A stretch of DNA of 64,000 nucleotides from Phoronis australis (taxonomy: Eukaryota; Animalia; Phoronida): positions 104,062-168,061 of the forward strand of contig NMRA01000255.1 of the NCBI GenBank assembly GCA_002633005.1, written 5' to 3'. Numbering within the stretch: the first letter of the stretch is position 1; each line of letters opens with the position of its first letter. Positions 38,593 to 52,644 of this stretch are shown here, in pieces. The notes beneath the pieces were generated by a model, which was not told where the DNA came from, made no database searches, and saw only the letters and a list, made by a program, of their open reading frames with translations. A program made the position numbers and the translations under genes.

Positions 38593-41500
38593 ATGGAGGG
38601 AACGACGTACACAGCATTTGGCTTAAAGCGTATTGGGCAAGCAGCGACACATCCTAATGTGCCAGATGTCTTGAGGTGGGTTTGCCATGTTGGTCCAGCA
38701 TGTTCTTTGGTCCAATGGAGATAGATCGTGATTGGCGTGTTGTTGACAATATTGAAAGCCAAACCAATGATGCTTACAGTTCTCGTCTTCTATAATTTTG
38801 CTCACTTGCATATGATGAATGTTAATATCAACATTACTACTGCTTACTGTGGCCTGTTGAGTCTTATTGTCATGAACTTCCCTCTAACACTCTAACAGCC
38901 AATTAGACAGTGACCACCATCTCTAGCTGTCTCAGTATAGACGGTGTAGCTCCTGTTGGTGCTTCATACACCGGAAGCTTTTTGGTGAATTATGCCACAC
39001 ACCGACTAAAACATTGTTATAAATAGCATATGCGCATAGAGCTACACCTTAGGAGGGTTTCGATGTCTTTAATTCCTTCCAGCTCGAACAAATACTCCCA
39101 TTATCAAACTTTTTCTTCGAGCAGTCCCTCGTCCAGTTCCCAAAATCGGTAACTGACCATTTATACATTGCGTGGCAGGTGGTATGACGTCATGCCACCA
39201 ATGGCTAAACCACCAGAATCATGTTATTTTTTGCTTTTCTTGACGTGTTTAGATGGATTCCTTTGGACTTTGGAGGCAGTTGCAGTTCAATTTTTCCAGG
39301 TCGAAAAGATACTGCGCACATTTATTTTTTTTTCTGAATAATCCTTCATTCAGTCAATGAAATTGTGAATTACGTAATCTGTTTTACAGTGCTAGTGATG
39401 TCAGTGTAACCTCAACCTTTCACTAGTAACTTTTGGGGCTACAGGGGAATATGCTCTGTTGCAATTTAGTTTTTCTTATAGCAATTGCCTTGTTTCAGAT
39501 GTATTTGACTTATGCTGCACCGTCTACTTCCCTTTTATTTTATGCAATACGGTATTTACACCTACAGAAGTATGCCATTGTGGTGCAGTTGTGGACGCAT
39601 TTCAACACTAATCGCGCTGATGTTGTTATCAGGATAGATCCAAAGCTGTATATTTATGCTAGTTTGTAGCTAGTCTAACATCACATAAACTTGCTGTTAT
39701 AATTCATAGATTCAACATTTTTTGGCCTCTTGCCAATATGGTCAGATGTAAAGGCTGATTTGATAACATGACAGTGGTTGTGATAACATTGTATTCTATG
39801 TTTTAGGTTGAAAAAGGATGTGACTACATTTGGCCGGCTGACGGCCAATGACCATTTCCTGGATTCTGCTGTGTTGAACTGCATGATCTCTCGACGCCAT
39901 GCTGAAATTAGACATATTGAAGGGCACCCTGAAGGAGTGGAGTTTGAAATTATTGATCACAGTCTCAATGGCACCTACGTGAATGATCGAAGGGTACTTA
40001 CAGCTTAAATTTAGTGTTAGGAAAACTGACGACTTCTTTTTGTGCAGCCTCAAAAATCTGCATAGCATTTGGTGTTCTTCGTTACTTTTTTACATATATT
40101 TATTTGAACAAAATATTTCACAGTACAAACAGTAGAACACACAGACATGCATGCATCACAAACACACCTGGGATCAGAATATTGTCAAAGACGAAAATTA
40201 CACAAACAGATGAATCATAGAGGTCCACCTTTCAACGAATAGGCCATATTCACAATTATTATACAAAATTACTTTTTCAAGCTCTTGTTATCTAAAGAGT
40301 TCTTTTTTGAGTAGCTGCAAACACAGAACACTAGAGTTTAATCTCGCTTTATAAATATGATATCTGACCAAACAGATGACCAATTTATTAACGTGTTCCG
40401 AATAGTGCCTGCCAGACAATACCTCATGTAAGTTCAGTTTAAGAGATTCGCAAGTTTTCGGTATGACCCAGTTGTTTACAGTCACCCAAAAATTTTGAAC
40501 CATTGTACCAGTCCAATACAAGTGAACAAGAACTTCAGACTCACTCTTACAAAGAGTTCACGAAATTGAATTTGTTCCACAAATTTTGTGTAAAAAAAAT
40601 TAGTACTAGTAAGTCTGAATAAATCTTATTTGAAACCACCTCGAGTTTGTATCCATAGTAAAATGAACTGCCTACTTATGTTACATGTGTACCGCCATTC
40701 TTCTGACTGCAATATTTAAACAACTTTACCATTTTATTACGTAGTTAGTTTTTTATAGACAGAGGTGATGAAATGATCATAAAGTTTTGCTTACATTATT
40801 CCAATTAACAACAGTGGAGCCGTATTTTATGCACTGCAGAAGAGTCGAGAAGACCCCAACAGCATGATGTCTCTGGCGATCACTGCTACTGGTGACGGCT
40901 GTAATTCTCGTGGACTCAAAATTTCGAGTGAAACCCTAAAAAAACAAGGTCAAAATTTTATCACCAAGCTCTGAGCGCAGTTCCGATGTTTCTTTTTTGA
41001 GACTTCTGCCCATATCTAGCACTGATAGGGATACGCAGGCATCGTTTTATTTACATTCTGTTGATGTAGTACCATTTGTGGTGTAGCACCATCTGTTGGC
41101 CATTTTAGTATATTGGTTGTCCATTGATTATTGCCACATTTGAAGATAAAACTCAAGAGTTGATGACTGAGATGTGCTATCAGTTGATTATCAGACAGAA
41201 TGGGCTATGAGAGCACCTCCTGTTGGCCATTTAAGTTATTGATAAGATGTTGGTTGTACTTTATTATTGTATGGCTGGGATGCACCAGCGCCAATCAGTT
41301 TCTAGCTTTACCCAAATTGGTGTAATTTTACCTGATACTACTGGTACTAAACAACCTTTGAAGCTTATCATTTGTGGTACAGTCGCATTTCAACATTTTG
41401 CATTGCTCTTGTTTTTGTTTTTGAAATAATTTTGGATTTTTAATAAACTTAAATGAGTGGGAACATAGTGAGAAAGTCGTAGGTATTACAAATTGGAGTG

Positions 41501-44500
41501 AGAAAATCAGAGTTCAAATTTGGAAATCATGCTCCTCGTGTAGGTCTGTAATATTGGGGACCTTTAATAAATTGTTGGGGCTGTTCTCAACAGAAAACAA
41601 ATGTGGGGTTCCTTTTTTGACTATTTCCTTTTGTGTACATAAAAAACAATATGATTATAAATATGAACATGGTATTCTGGAATTCAAGCTAACTTTCTTG
41701 ATAACACTTTGGAGGAGAGCTTCATCAAATTGTGTGTGTGTGTGTGCGTGCGTGTGTGCGTGCGTGTGTGTAGTGTGAACTTTGTACACTTGTCAATGAA
41801 AATGTACCGTTGTAACAAAAACACATGCAAGTTGGACTCTGGAAAATTATTTTGTGGTAAAATGTTCTTTTAATTTCAAAATCCTCCATCTCTGTCCTGT
41901 TAAAGATATATTTGCATGCTCTTAATTATGCTGATGTATTACAGGAACTAAGCGACAATGCTATTTTAACATATTCTATGCTAAACAAAGTGCAGTTGTA
42001 TTCTTTGATGACTTGTAGTTGTGAAAACAAAAAAAAATTACAAATAGGTGACCTTTACACTAATGACGTATCTCACAGCTCACATAGCTTGCATCATACA
42101 GTGCTATTCCCGACCACCACGTCATGATACTTACTGGACATAGTTCAGGGAACTGCAGCAGATCAGTTTCGCCACAAAACTCGGTCTTAAAATCATTTGG
42201 CAATTTTCAACTTGCTTCATATTCACACTGTTGCTATATGTTGTGCTTCTAACTAATTTGGCTAAGCAATGACAGAGATAAGGAATTTGCCTGCAAGTTC
42301 CACTTTAAGGCTTTGTTTCATTTCCAAAGTGGAAGAACTCTTCAGTTGTGACAAGATTCAGTGACCACTACTGCACTTGTCAGTCACTGACCAAAATACA
42401 CTGTGGGTTGAAGTTTTCAATCCACTTGCGTAACTCAATAAAACACTATGACCCAAAGTGAGATATATTGTATCCAGACTGAGGCGCTTTGCTAGAATTT
42501 TTAGATTTGATGACAAGTAGTACGTAAATACACTAAGGAAATGCTGGCACATGTATTTGTTGAATTATAAACTTATTGTCTTGTGTGTTTTTGTTTTAAG
42601 ATTTATTTCATTCTGAGAGACAGCTCTGCTTTTCTTGGTAACGTACAATAATTTTACTTCATCTGATTCTAACCTGCAGGTGGATGGACGTCACGCTCTC
42701 CATCTTGGTGACATTCTCAAGTTTGGTCACATGAACGGTGTCAATATCAAGCCAGGTCAGCACGCCCCACAGCCAAATACAGAGTTTGTGTTCCAGGTAA
42801 CCACTGATTTATACCTGCAGTAAACAACAGAAGTTGGGCATCTGGTTCCCCAATAGTGATTCACGTGTTCAGTTCATGATTCATTTGATCTGAAATTGTG
42901 AAGAAGTCTTACTCTGCTTGCTATTATACATACTCATTTGCGGTTGCATCCAATGAGTGTGATGGGGCCTCAATGAATTAATTAATTCTCAAGTCACAAC
43001 ACTGTCAGTTACCAGCACAGGTGGTTAGCATTGATGTGGCATTTAATTTCGGCCGCAGTAACGAAATTGGAAAGCCTTTATACTTTCACTTCATCTTCCA
43101 TTTCCGCCATGGCGTTATGGTGATATGTGCAAAGGCTCTTTCTGTTACGCATATGCTTGCAAGAATACTTGAAATGAAAAATCTTGGTTTTTCAAATGGA
43201 GTGTTGGCATAATTTCACTTTCCCACAATTAAACATTCCAGCCTCACCAACTACTCACTAAACAGTTTCTGCTAGTGTGCTAGTGTACACTAGTAAGATT
43301 GCGTGCTTGCTTGTGAAACATCTGCCTTTCATTTATGTGATCTTGCCTGATCTGGACAAACTCGTTGGAGACTAGCACCCAGATTTATCCCCATAGTACG
43401 TTATCTTATTAGTGAAAGTGAACAATTTCAATTTTAGTTTACTAAACTGGATGATGGACCAAAGTCACTGCACATCCCAACGACAAATGGAACAGAAGTC
43501 AGCGTGGAGGTGAATTACAACAAAAGCTCTATGAACAATGTTAAGCGCAGGACATCCTCATCATCATCCTCATCAGGCGAGGAGAGTCCCGCTGTTGATA
43601 AACAATCCCCTGCCAAACCCTCACATAAAAAGCGGAAAACACAGAGTTCTAGCTCCAGTTCTGGAGATGGGAGTGATGATGAAGTTGAAGGATCAAATGG
43701 TGACAGTAATTTGGCTGGAACACGGACATTCTCCAGTGAGTCAGACTGTTGGGTTGTCTAAGGACACCTGTTTGTTTTCTATTAACAGTTAAATCATGTT
43801 AGAGCAAACTCTCTTGATAATGCTCACTCGTTTGTAACATTCCATTCCGGAAGTCCCATTTCTCCCAAATGCTAAGTACATTTTGATGCTACATTTTCAA
43901 CAAACCTGGATACAATGTTGGCATGGTTATGATGTACTAATTTCGATTTCTCTTTGGGTAACTTCACCTGCTTTACAGCAAACCAATGCATGCAAGTCTA
44001 AAAATTGATCATGTGCAGTTACCTCAATTTCATATTTGTGCCCAACATGTGACGCGCAAGCACATGATTTGCAATATGCTTTTGTGGACAGCTTTGCATA
44101 TGAAAATGGCGAGTTAACGGCTGTATGGTATTTATTTTGTCTAAAAACTTGGCTCGGTTACAAATGTGTGAAAGGTCCTGGGAGATTCTTTGTTACGAAG
44201 TTTGATGGTAGGGCTCTTCTTAAGTGCTGTCATTGCTTTGTTTTGTTTTGTTGATTTGTATGGTTCCACCACGCATTTGCATTCTCACCTGTAGTCTGTT
44301 TAATGCAAAGTGATTTAGGCCATAAAGAAATTTGATCTTATGGTCCCGTTTCACTAGTGCTGAAAAATAGACTTTAATATCTTTAAGTGCATCACAATCT
44401 AGAAATAATTCGTAGAAATCATCTCAGTAGCTAGCAGTTGTGTGTATATTCTCTGAAAAGAGACTATGGACTTTTGATGCTTCATTTTTTACCAGGATTA

Positions 44501-47500
44501 GTTATGTGGAGTGTAAGGCCAAATTTATGACTTAAGTTTGGAGTAACTTTTGGTGAAACATAACCCTGGTGGTCTTTTGTTGTCATTGCTTTCTTGTCTA
44601 GGTAGCAAAAATGCGTCTTAAAGAGCCAAGTGTTTTCACAGTGTCTCAGCAAATGCCCCATTCTGCATTAAAGAAATTTTAGATGCTTTTTAATGATTTT
44701 CCGTGCTCTACATTCACATTTGTGATTGCTGCAAAATCTCATAACATAACTTGCAATTTTCGTGTAGTCCGACAAAGTTTCATTATGCTGAAGTGAAGAT
44801 GGCTATTTTATGACAAGTGTTAGTTTGAAAGTTAGGTAAATTTCATTGTGATGTTTTTAACATTTGTGCAGGGCTATTTCCCGGAATTCTACCCATTTCC
44901 AATTCTGACTAAGAGAATTGAGAGTTGGGCTCAAAGAAGTCATGTTATTTCCTCTCACCTGTGTCAGTGATGTAGCAAGAGTTTTCTCATTTCTAATTAA
45001 TTCTGGCAGAAAGCACTTCAAAGTTTGGCAATGTTTGACACAGCTCTGCTGAGGCACAGCGTATGTACATCTTATTTGAAGCCGAGTGTATACTGAAAGT
45101 GCTGTGACGAAATGGCCATCAATATCCTGTTATGATGATTGAGTACAAGCAAAATCACACTCCTGGCTGAAGATTTATCGAAAGGTTTGCTACTTAGGCA
45201 TATTTACCTGAAAGTTTGCTGTGTGAAAACACTAATTTATCATTTTTCTTTGAAATGGAATTACGGTCATAACAGGGAATCGGTATTTTTTAAAATTACT
45301 TTTGACGTGGTCTGTACTGGTGAGAGGATGGTCTTCATTTTGTTCTGCTCTTGCATTTAGATGAAGCCGTGATTGAAGAGTCGAAAACTGCAGCTGGTGG
45401 ATCAGGCCATTCTTCAGGCAGTGATGAAGAAATATTTGAAGACAGTGAGTAAATCTAATTGTAATGAATCTGTTGCTCTTGTTACTGTTGTAAGATTCTA
45501 TTGGTTCGTTCCAGGTAGTTGTTACTTGACTGGTTGTACATTGGGTTTACTCACTCGGTGATACTTTCAGTCTGTACAATGCATGGTTTATGTGATAAAT
45601 TTTTAATATGATACTAAAATGTATACTAATTCTTGTATTTTATTAAAGACGAAGGAAAATGAAATGTGATAGGAATTAAAATTTTAAGTTAAAATGGCTT
45701 TTGAATTAGATTGCTAACCGCTATACAATTGGTCTCAACTTCTTCATTACTCAGATAGATAGTGAACAGTGATTTATGGGTTTGCAAGGAACTGACAGTT
45801 CATTATTCCATAAGGCTATGCTTGGCTCATGGAATGACGTGCCATTCTTCAACAATAACAAACTGTCAGTTGTTTCCAAGCCCTGTAATCACATCCAATT
45901 CGACTACTTACTTCCTGCAAGTAATTAAATCGTGAAATATTTCTTAGATGCAGGAGGTGGAGGCAATAAGTATTTTGTTCACCTGGCCCGACAAAACTGT
46001 TTGTGCAACTAGTTTGGCTTAACCTCTCCATTTTTCAATGAACTCTGAAGTTACAACGATTTATTATTTGTAAAATTGTGTATAGTATGCGTGTAATGGT
46101 ACATAATTGGTAATGTCTTAAATGTAGTTCACAAGAAACCTGAAGTAAACAACAGGAACAAAAACCCACCCCATTCAGAAACTCAGAAGAAAAAAACCAT
46201 TAACTCTAAAGCAGTGAAAACTCAGCCGAGAAGAAAGAAAGGTACGTAAATCAATCAGTCATCAGGTTGTCTCGTGCAGAAGGCACAAGTTCTTAAATGA
46301 CAAATAATTGTCATGGTTGTTGTTAATTGTTTGTGGCCAACGTTTCGCACCTCTCTTCCTCTCTTGTGATGAGCTAGAAGAACGCATCCTATGCTTGACA
46401 CTAGGTATTGCTGCTATGACTTTCTGAGCTGACTTAGATTAGTGAAGAATGATTTTTCACATCTCATTCAGCTTTTCAAATTTTTATGTTGCTACATATT
46501 GCTGTAAGCTCTGTCTGATGTCCGACATCCACCTCTGTGTCTACAAAACTGCTTGAAAAATGTTCATGAAGTTTGGTAGACATGTTTCTATCTAATAGAG
46601 AATGTGCCAGGTCAGTTTGTTGATCCGATTACTGCAGTGGCTCCTAGTGACACTTTTTAAGTTTTTCCATGCGCCTGTATATCTACCAAATCTGTTGCTG
46701 GGTCTTCAGATGTGCTCTTATTAATAAGATTATGCTGTCCATTAATTTGTGGGTTGAGACAACTACTGCACTGCTATTTGAGTATTTTGTTTTATTTTGG
46801 CGTACGCCTCTGTGCTTACTAATGGTTTGAACGATCGCCATGTAATTTGGGGGATATTTTTCTATTGACGGAGCTTGGCTAACATTTATTTTTGGACAGA
46901 TAAAATTGTGCTTTTTCCCGTAACACTTCATCCTTTACTACTTTTTTCTAGTTTTTTCCGAAATTCCTACTTTTTGTTAAGATTTGTTGATAAGATTTCT
47001 TGACTTATTGGCATCAGAAGGACAAAGTAAGGTAGCAGTGTACAACTGTGTGTCAAGGGCCTCTCTTGTGTGCTGCATTGTGGGTAAATACCACAGAATC
47101 GGAGAGAGCCATGTAGTTATACATGAAGTGGCTATTGTGTCTTAATGAGCATAAGATCTAGTGCTCGTCAAAACACATGTTTACTGCATTGTTTTATACC
47201 CGAGCTTTGTATACCTTTTACTCGATAACAAGACAATGCATGTTTTGTTTTTATCATATGCATGAATTCTGAGTGGCACCGAAACACTGATTTCCAGTCT
47301 TTGCAGCATGTCTTGTTTCATGAAAAGCGACTTCTGAAAAATACTTAAATCTCACTTAGTAAGCAAAATTACTAAGTATCTGAGAATGTACCCACAACTG
47401 CTGGTTACTGAGATATTCTGTAATGAATTGTTTCTAGGCTGTGCTAACAATTACATAGACAAACCTTTAGTCAGTGATTGTTATGTGGGAGTATCAGACC

Positions 47501-49767
47501 AAATTTGTGACTAAAGTCTTAAGTCACTTTTCAGGGAGCATGCTTCTGGTGTGTTCCGGCATAATTTCATGATTTGCTGCTGCTGTAGCCTTAAACAGTT
47601 GCAGTCTGTCACACAACTAGGTCTAATTGTTCATTGGTTCGCTAATCCATATTACAACAAGCCCACCACATTCACTTACTTGTGACTTTGCATTCCACAA
47701 AAAAAACATTTTGGGCTGTAAACAAGTAGAGTTGGTTGCTGTGAACTTTCGTTGTAGTTAACGTTTCAGACACATACGCTGAGTTTCGTTGTAATGCGAT
47801 TTGGCTGTACTTCACATTCTGTTTCATGTTACCCAGTGATTTAGCGGTGTGGACAGCATGCAATGCACCTCGTACGCTCAAAGCACCATGTTATCAATGC
47901 AAATTGTATGCTCAGAGCACCATCTTATCAATGCAAATGGTACGCTCAGCACCATCTTATCAATGCAAATGGTACGCTCAGAGCACCATCTTATCAATGC
48001 AAGTGGTACGCTCAGAGCACCGTCTTATCAATGCACCTGGTACGCTCAGAGCACCATCTTATCAATACAAATGGTACGCTCAGAGCACCATCTTATCAAA
48101 GCTTAAAAGGATACTAAACCTGTTTTGATGGTTTAGCTAATCCTCGTTCTGTCACTTGCTGATGTAGCATTGGCGTCGATCTGGAACGATAAAAGCAGGA
48201 ATCAGCTAAATACTCATACTCCCTATGTCAGAGATTGGATACTGTTGCCATGTAATTCGCTAAAAGTATAGGTAACGTTTGCCCACTTAGGAGACTTTGG
48301 AAAGAGTTTTCAAAATGTCCTCCAAACTTCTGAGATGTGTCGGGAGGTTTCAGTGCTATATTTTGTTTTAGAGAATTGCATAGATTAGTCATTTTTAATA
48401 TCTGATAATAGGGCAAAACAGGGTTTGGTATCCTTTTAATTGCAACGTACCTTTGCAATTTACGCATTTAACAAAATTTTCATCCATAACCATTCTTGAG
48501 TGTACATCTGTGTGTGCTGCGAATTCTAGACTCAATCAGCAGTGCTGCCGACCTAAAGAAAGCACGGCGTGCGTCAAAGACGGCGAAGCAGGAGATCAAG
48601 ACAGAGGATGATCCTGAACCAGAACCGGGCTCGAGTGAGTGGTGGTACTACCACAGCGATGACGACAAGTGTGCCGCCCCCACCTGTCGAAGACCTGGTC
48701 AGAATGAAGTGATTGACTGGGTCAGTACCACAGCCAGAATGGCTTTGGATAGTCTAATTTATTATGACTAGTGTAAATACTGCTAGGTCCTGTTCGTTAA
48801 AACTGTTATAAGCTTGGCTTCTATAAAAAGTAACTTCCGAGTTGAACAACTCACTGTAACAGTTATAAAACATTCCTTACTCGAGGTGATTTCTGGAGTT
48901 GTGAAGAACTGCCAATTTGTCATTGGTTGAGTCCAGGCTCAACAAGTTGGATTGTCATGACAGGTTGATTGAATGCAGGGAATTGTCACTTTTGTCTGGT
49001 CCCAGACGTCACTTTTCATCTGAGTAAGGGACAAGTTGGGATCTGGTTCGCATTCCATAGACCAAGTTACTAGTGATAAAAAGAAGACCTCGCAAAATCA
49101 AGCAAGCAATTCACGAGTATGCTTTTATGGGAATTTACTAGCCTATGCTAGCAAAATGGCAGCCATTGAAATGATTGGTAGATGAGGTAGGAATGTTGCA
49201 TTATGGGATAAATTATGGGATGTAATTCACTGTTTCCAATCCATAAGCAAAGAATTTTTTGCCACGGGTGTTAGCTATCATCTTGTGTTCTAAGGAACCC
49301 GGCCAAGTCTTCTAACGGCATGTGGTCTAATTCAAAGTTTGTTTTGGGTAGAAAATGGATTTACTACAGATTTTGATTCATAAAGCAGTGCCAGAAATGG
49401 CACAGTTGTTCTGTTGCAATGTTTCATTACCATAAGGGGCTACCATCCTCAGATCTGTGAGCCTGAGAATGGTGATTTATGTTTTTGTACAAACATGCAT
49501 GCAGCCTATACTGTGTCAAAAATGAGTAGACTGGCTTTGCTTTTTGTTTTCCACGATCTTGCATTTTCGTGAGTTTTTCGGCATGCGGAAGGCAAGCCTG
49601 CCAGCTGCCTCTTAGCTTGTTATAATAGTTTATTGTTTTACCCACAGGTGGCGTGTGATGACTGCGATCAATGGTGGCACACTTCATGTGCGGGCGTAAC
49701 ATCAGCACAGATTAAAAAGAAGTCCTTCCAGTATCACTGTGGCTGCAAGAAAAAGAAGAAAAACTGA
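38593..49767 (+). CDS. TCF19: TCF19-like protein (N-terminal FHA domain, Ser/Lys-rich linker, C-terminal PHD finger), ~397 aa: join(38593-38675,39807-39993,42680-42796,43438-43735,45361-45444,46128-46241,48530-48720,49648-49767)
   Basis: FHA motifs FGR...ISRRHA...DHSLNGTYVND...LHLGDILKFGH; N-terminal FGLKRIG; PHD CAAPTCRRP...WVACDDCDQWWHTSCAG...YHCGC. All eight exons are GT-AG and phase-consistent. Confidence 0.88.
38904..39310. mobile_element. Fold-back MITE family C, copy 2 (mostly one arm), in TCF19-like intron 1
   Basis: Reverse complement of 37640-37905; central palindrome ggtggtatgacgtcatgccacc. Confidence 0.75.
40270..40745 (-). mobile_element. L1/Tx1-like LINE 3' fragment (zf-RVT region)
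   Basis: Minus-strand LC..ESEVLVHLYW...VQNFW.....W...VNKLVICLVRYHIYKARL, typical of the C-terminus of ORF2. Confidence 0.7.
41731..41771. repeat. (TG)n/(CGTG)n microsatellite
   Basis: Read directly. Confidence 0.9.
47861..48099. repeat. 34-bp minisatellite, ~7 copies (CAATGCAAATGGTACGCTCAGAGCACCATCTTAT)
   Basis: Read directly; head-to-tail units with no unique spacers; explains the repetitive ORFs in all three + frames. Confidence 0.92.
48103..48439. mobile_element. TTAA-flanked MITE family B, copy 2
   Basis: ttaa|aaggatactaaacctgttttg ... caaaacagggtttggtatcctt|ttaa. Confidence 0.8.
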
Positions 49768-52644
49768 ACTTTCCATGTGGACTATTGTGTAAAGCTGGGA
49801 ATTAAGTTATGTATTCTGATGAAGTTATGCATGCATCAAGTAACATTTGGATGTTGTTCCTCACTGTTTTTTGACAGGACAAAGTTGTCACTCTCTACAT
49901 ATTCATAATATCGAGGAGTCCTAGTACAGAATTATACGTTGCGGCTAGGCTGGTGACACAATGAATGAGGAACTTGAAATGTGTTATGTGGCGCTGGTGA
50001 AACAATGATCCCATCTCTTGAAATGCACCCATTCAGGCTACATGCTATACTTGACCTATCATTTCCCACTTACAGCTGAGCAGCTTTCAGTTCTCAGTGT
50101 ATTCAGACGGCAAAAAGGGATCCCTTTCTCCATCTACCCCACTAAGTGAATATCAAATAGCTTATTAGCTGGTTTCATAAAAAATTATCAGAGATCAAAT
50201 CCATAACCACAGAGAACTGGACCTCTAATTCCACTCCAAAATAGTATTGAGGCGGGGGGGGGAATTAGTGACGGAAAATATTGAAAAATTGACAAATTAC
50301 TGGTATATAATTCAAAGAAACCGTAATCTGGTAGTGGGAGCTGGTGGCCCACATTATTTATGAATCCGCCCGTTAGGTTATCTCTTTCCACGAAACACCT
50401 GCTGTGTATGGGCTGATCACTTGCGGATAGCTATGAAACACGTGGGCTTGGATCAACGTTTAGGTGATCTCTGCATGTATTTTTCATCTTTTGTGATTTA
50501 ATGTTGTCTTCGTGTACTTTACCGCATGGGCTAACGTGAAATTAGACTTCAAATTTTCTCAAAGTAACATTCTTGTCTGAAATTCTGATTATTGTGGAAC
50601 ACTTACTTTGGTACACGTATGTAAAACTGCAAAGTTCTCGTACTGCTAACAAGCTGAATGCTATTTTGGAAGGAGCTTTGTAGGAACCGTAAGGCATGTA
50701 CCTCACAACTAGTGCTAAATTTCTCTGTGCCATCGACTTCTTGTTGACGAGTTATTGCTGTTCTGTTGCGAAAGATGCGTGTTCAGAGCCGTAGCTTCTG
50801 TAAACACATACGCTTGTGCAAAGTAAAAATTGAGAAGTGCTGTGTTTGGATCTCTGCTAGTGTTCCTAGTGAGGTAAATGTCTTCGCATCTATTCAGTTG
50901 ATATGTTGCTGTAGTACAGGACACATCAGCTGTAGTACAGGACACATCAGCTGTAACCGGACGAAATACTGTTTCCCCGTCATTACTTTTGATTTTGTTT
51001 CGTGCAAACATGGTTCAGTACTAATACACTATTAGGGCAAAATCCTAACTGCAGAAAAATAATTCATCTTGCTTACTTTGCACAGTAAATTCCTTGTCAA
51101 GACTGATAGCTAATGTGATGGTGAATTCCATTTGTGCCAGCCATCACTTGGGGTCTTTTACAGTCGCTTTGTCCAGTTGCCTTTGACGTGTTCTATAAGT
51201 GTAGATTAGTATAGCTTTATTTATCTACTTATGGATTTGTACCTACCAAGAAGACGAGGCCACTACACCCTGTTACTGATACCTGTCAAAACTCCATCAA
51301 GACTTTACTTACTTTTCCCGCTAACTTTTCTTAGTCATCAGCATCTGAAGTCTCGCTTGAGGGCTGTCTAGTCATGGAATTAAACTCCAGATGGCATTGT
51401 TGATTCATGTGTTGCATGTCGCAATCTCTAGTGATTACTCCTGGAGTGAGTTTTAACTTTTCGCTCTTAAGGGGGAGTGTTGCCACTCTGCAGTTTTATT
51501 CACCTATGTTGGGTTGGCATTTTAAGGCTGGGATCTAAGCTTTCAGACTAACTGAAATTCCCCAAGTGGGCCGTGCTGAGGGTCAGTGTGAAAGAGATAT
51601 GTGTGATAAATGCTTGTCATCAACAGGTTTGTTCAATAAGTGCAACGTAACAGGCAATAGTATACTACCATTGTTATTCAGTGTGCAACTTTGATGAAAA
51701 CTAACCCAGGGCCCAAGACCGCTGACTTTGCTCAATGAAATTCGAACTCCATCTTTCTTGTTTGTTTTCAAGTCCTGAGCTGTTTGGTGGTTTAGGGCCC
51801 CTGGTCTTTTCCAGTAAAAGTTTTAAAGTGGTATATCAAGCAATTTATTTGAGGAGCTGTGTATTGTGGTTATTATTATCTCCGTGTAGATAATGTTGGT
51901 CCGTTTTACAAAGTGAATGGTTGTTATCTGTTTATACAGCTAATTATTATGCTGCGTTGTAACTGAACTTGCACAGGTTCCTGTTCAGTATTTTCTGGTA
52001 AAATTAATACCTTTATAACTGATAGAATTTAATCATTGGTAGAAATGTAAGAAACAGCAGGGTGAATTCCGACTCGGATGAAATGTTGTGTTGTTATTTT
52101 TATTCGGCAAGGGTTACATGTTGTGCTAAGGAATAACATCTGTGTCTGTTGGTTGTTTAATGTTTAACTTCCTGTTATGTAGAAAAGGTTTGTAATTACT
52201 GCAAGATGTCATGGTGACTGATGGGAGTGCATACATTGAAACATCGAGAAATCATGAGATTCACAAATGGTTATTTTGACTGAGAGTTCACACTAGTCAT
52301 TGAAATGCAGTAACTGATCTCGCCCTGTTAACTGTTTGTGGTGTAGCGCTGACCTATTGCTTTTGAACTGTATTAAGTTGCTGTATTCTTTCTTTGGCAT
52401 CTGCAAATATTCTGTAAAACTAGCAATTTGAAAACAGCTGTTGTGTCGTCTGATATTAGACAGAAGATGACCAGCTGTATGCTTCTGGACGTCTGCTCAT
52501 TTTCCGTCTGCCATCAGCACCAGACTACCGGTTGCTACTAGGTTCATGTGTAATCTTTTGTAGAGTGGTTGTTGGCCTCATTAGACTAGAAAGTGTATTC
52601 CATTTGTGATTTTACTTGGTTTCTTGTTGCGTTTTAAATTTGAC

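Noticed and set aside
47861-48099. 34-bp repeats as a CRISPR array or a repetitive protein
   Set aside because: Units are contiguous with no unique spacers, there are no cas genes, and the context is a eukaryotic intron; the ORFs are by-products of the repeat.
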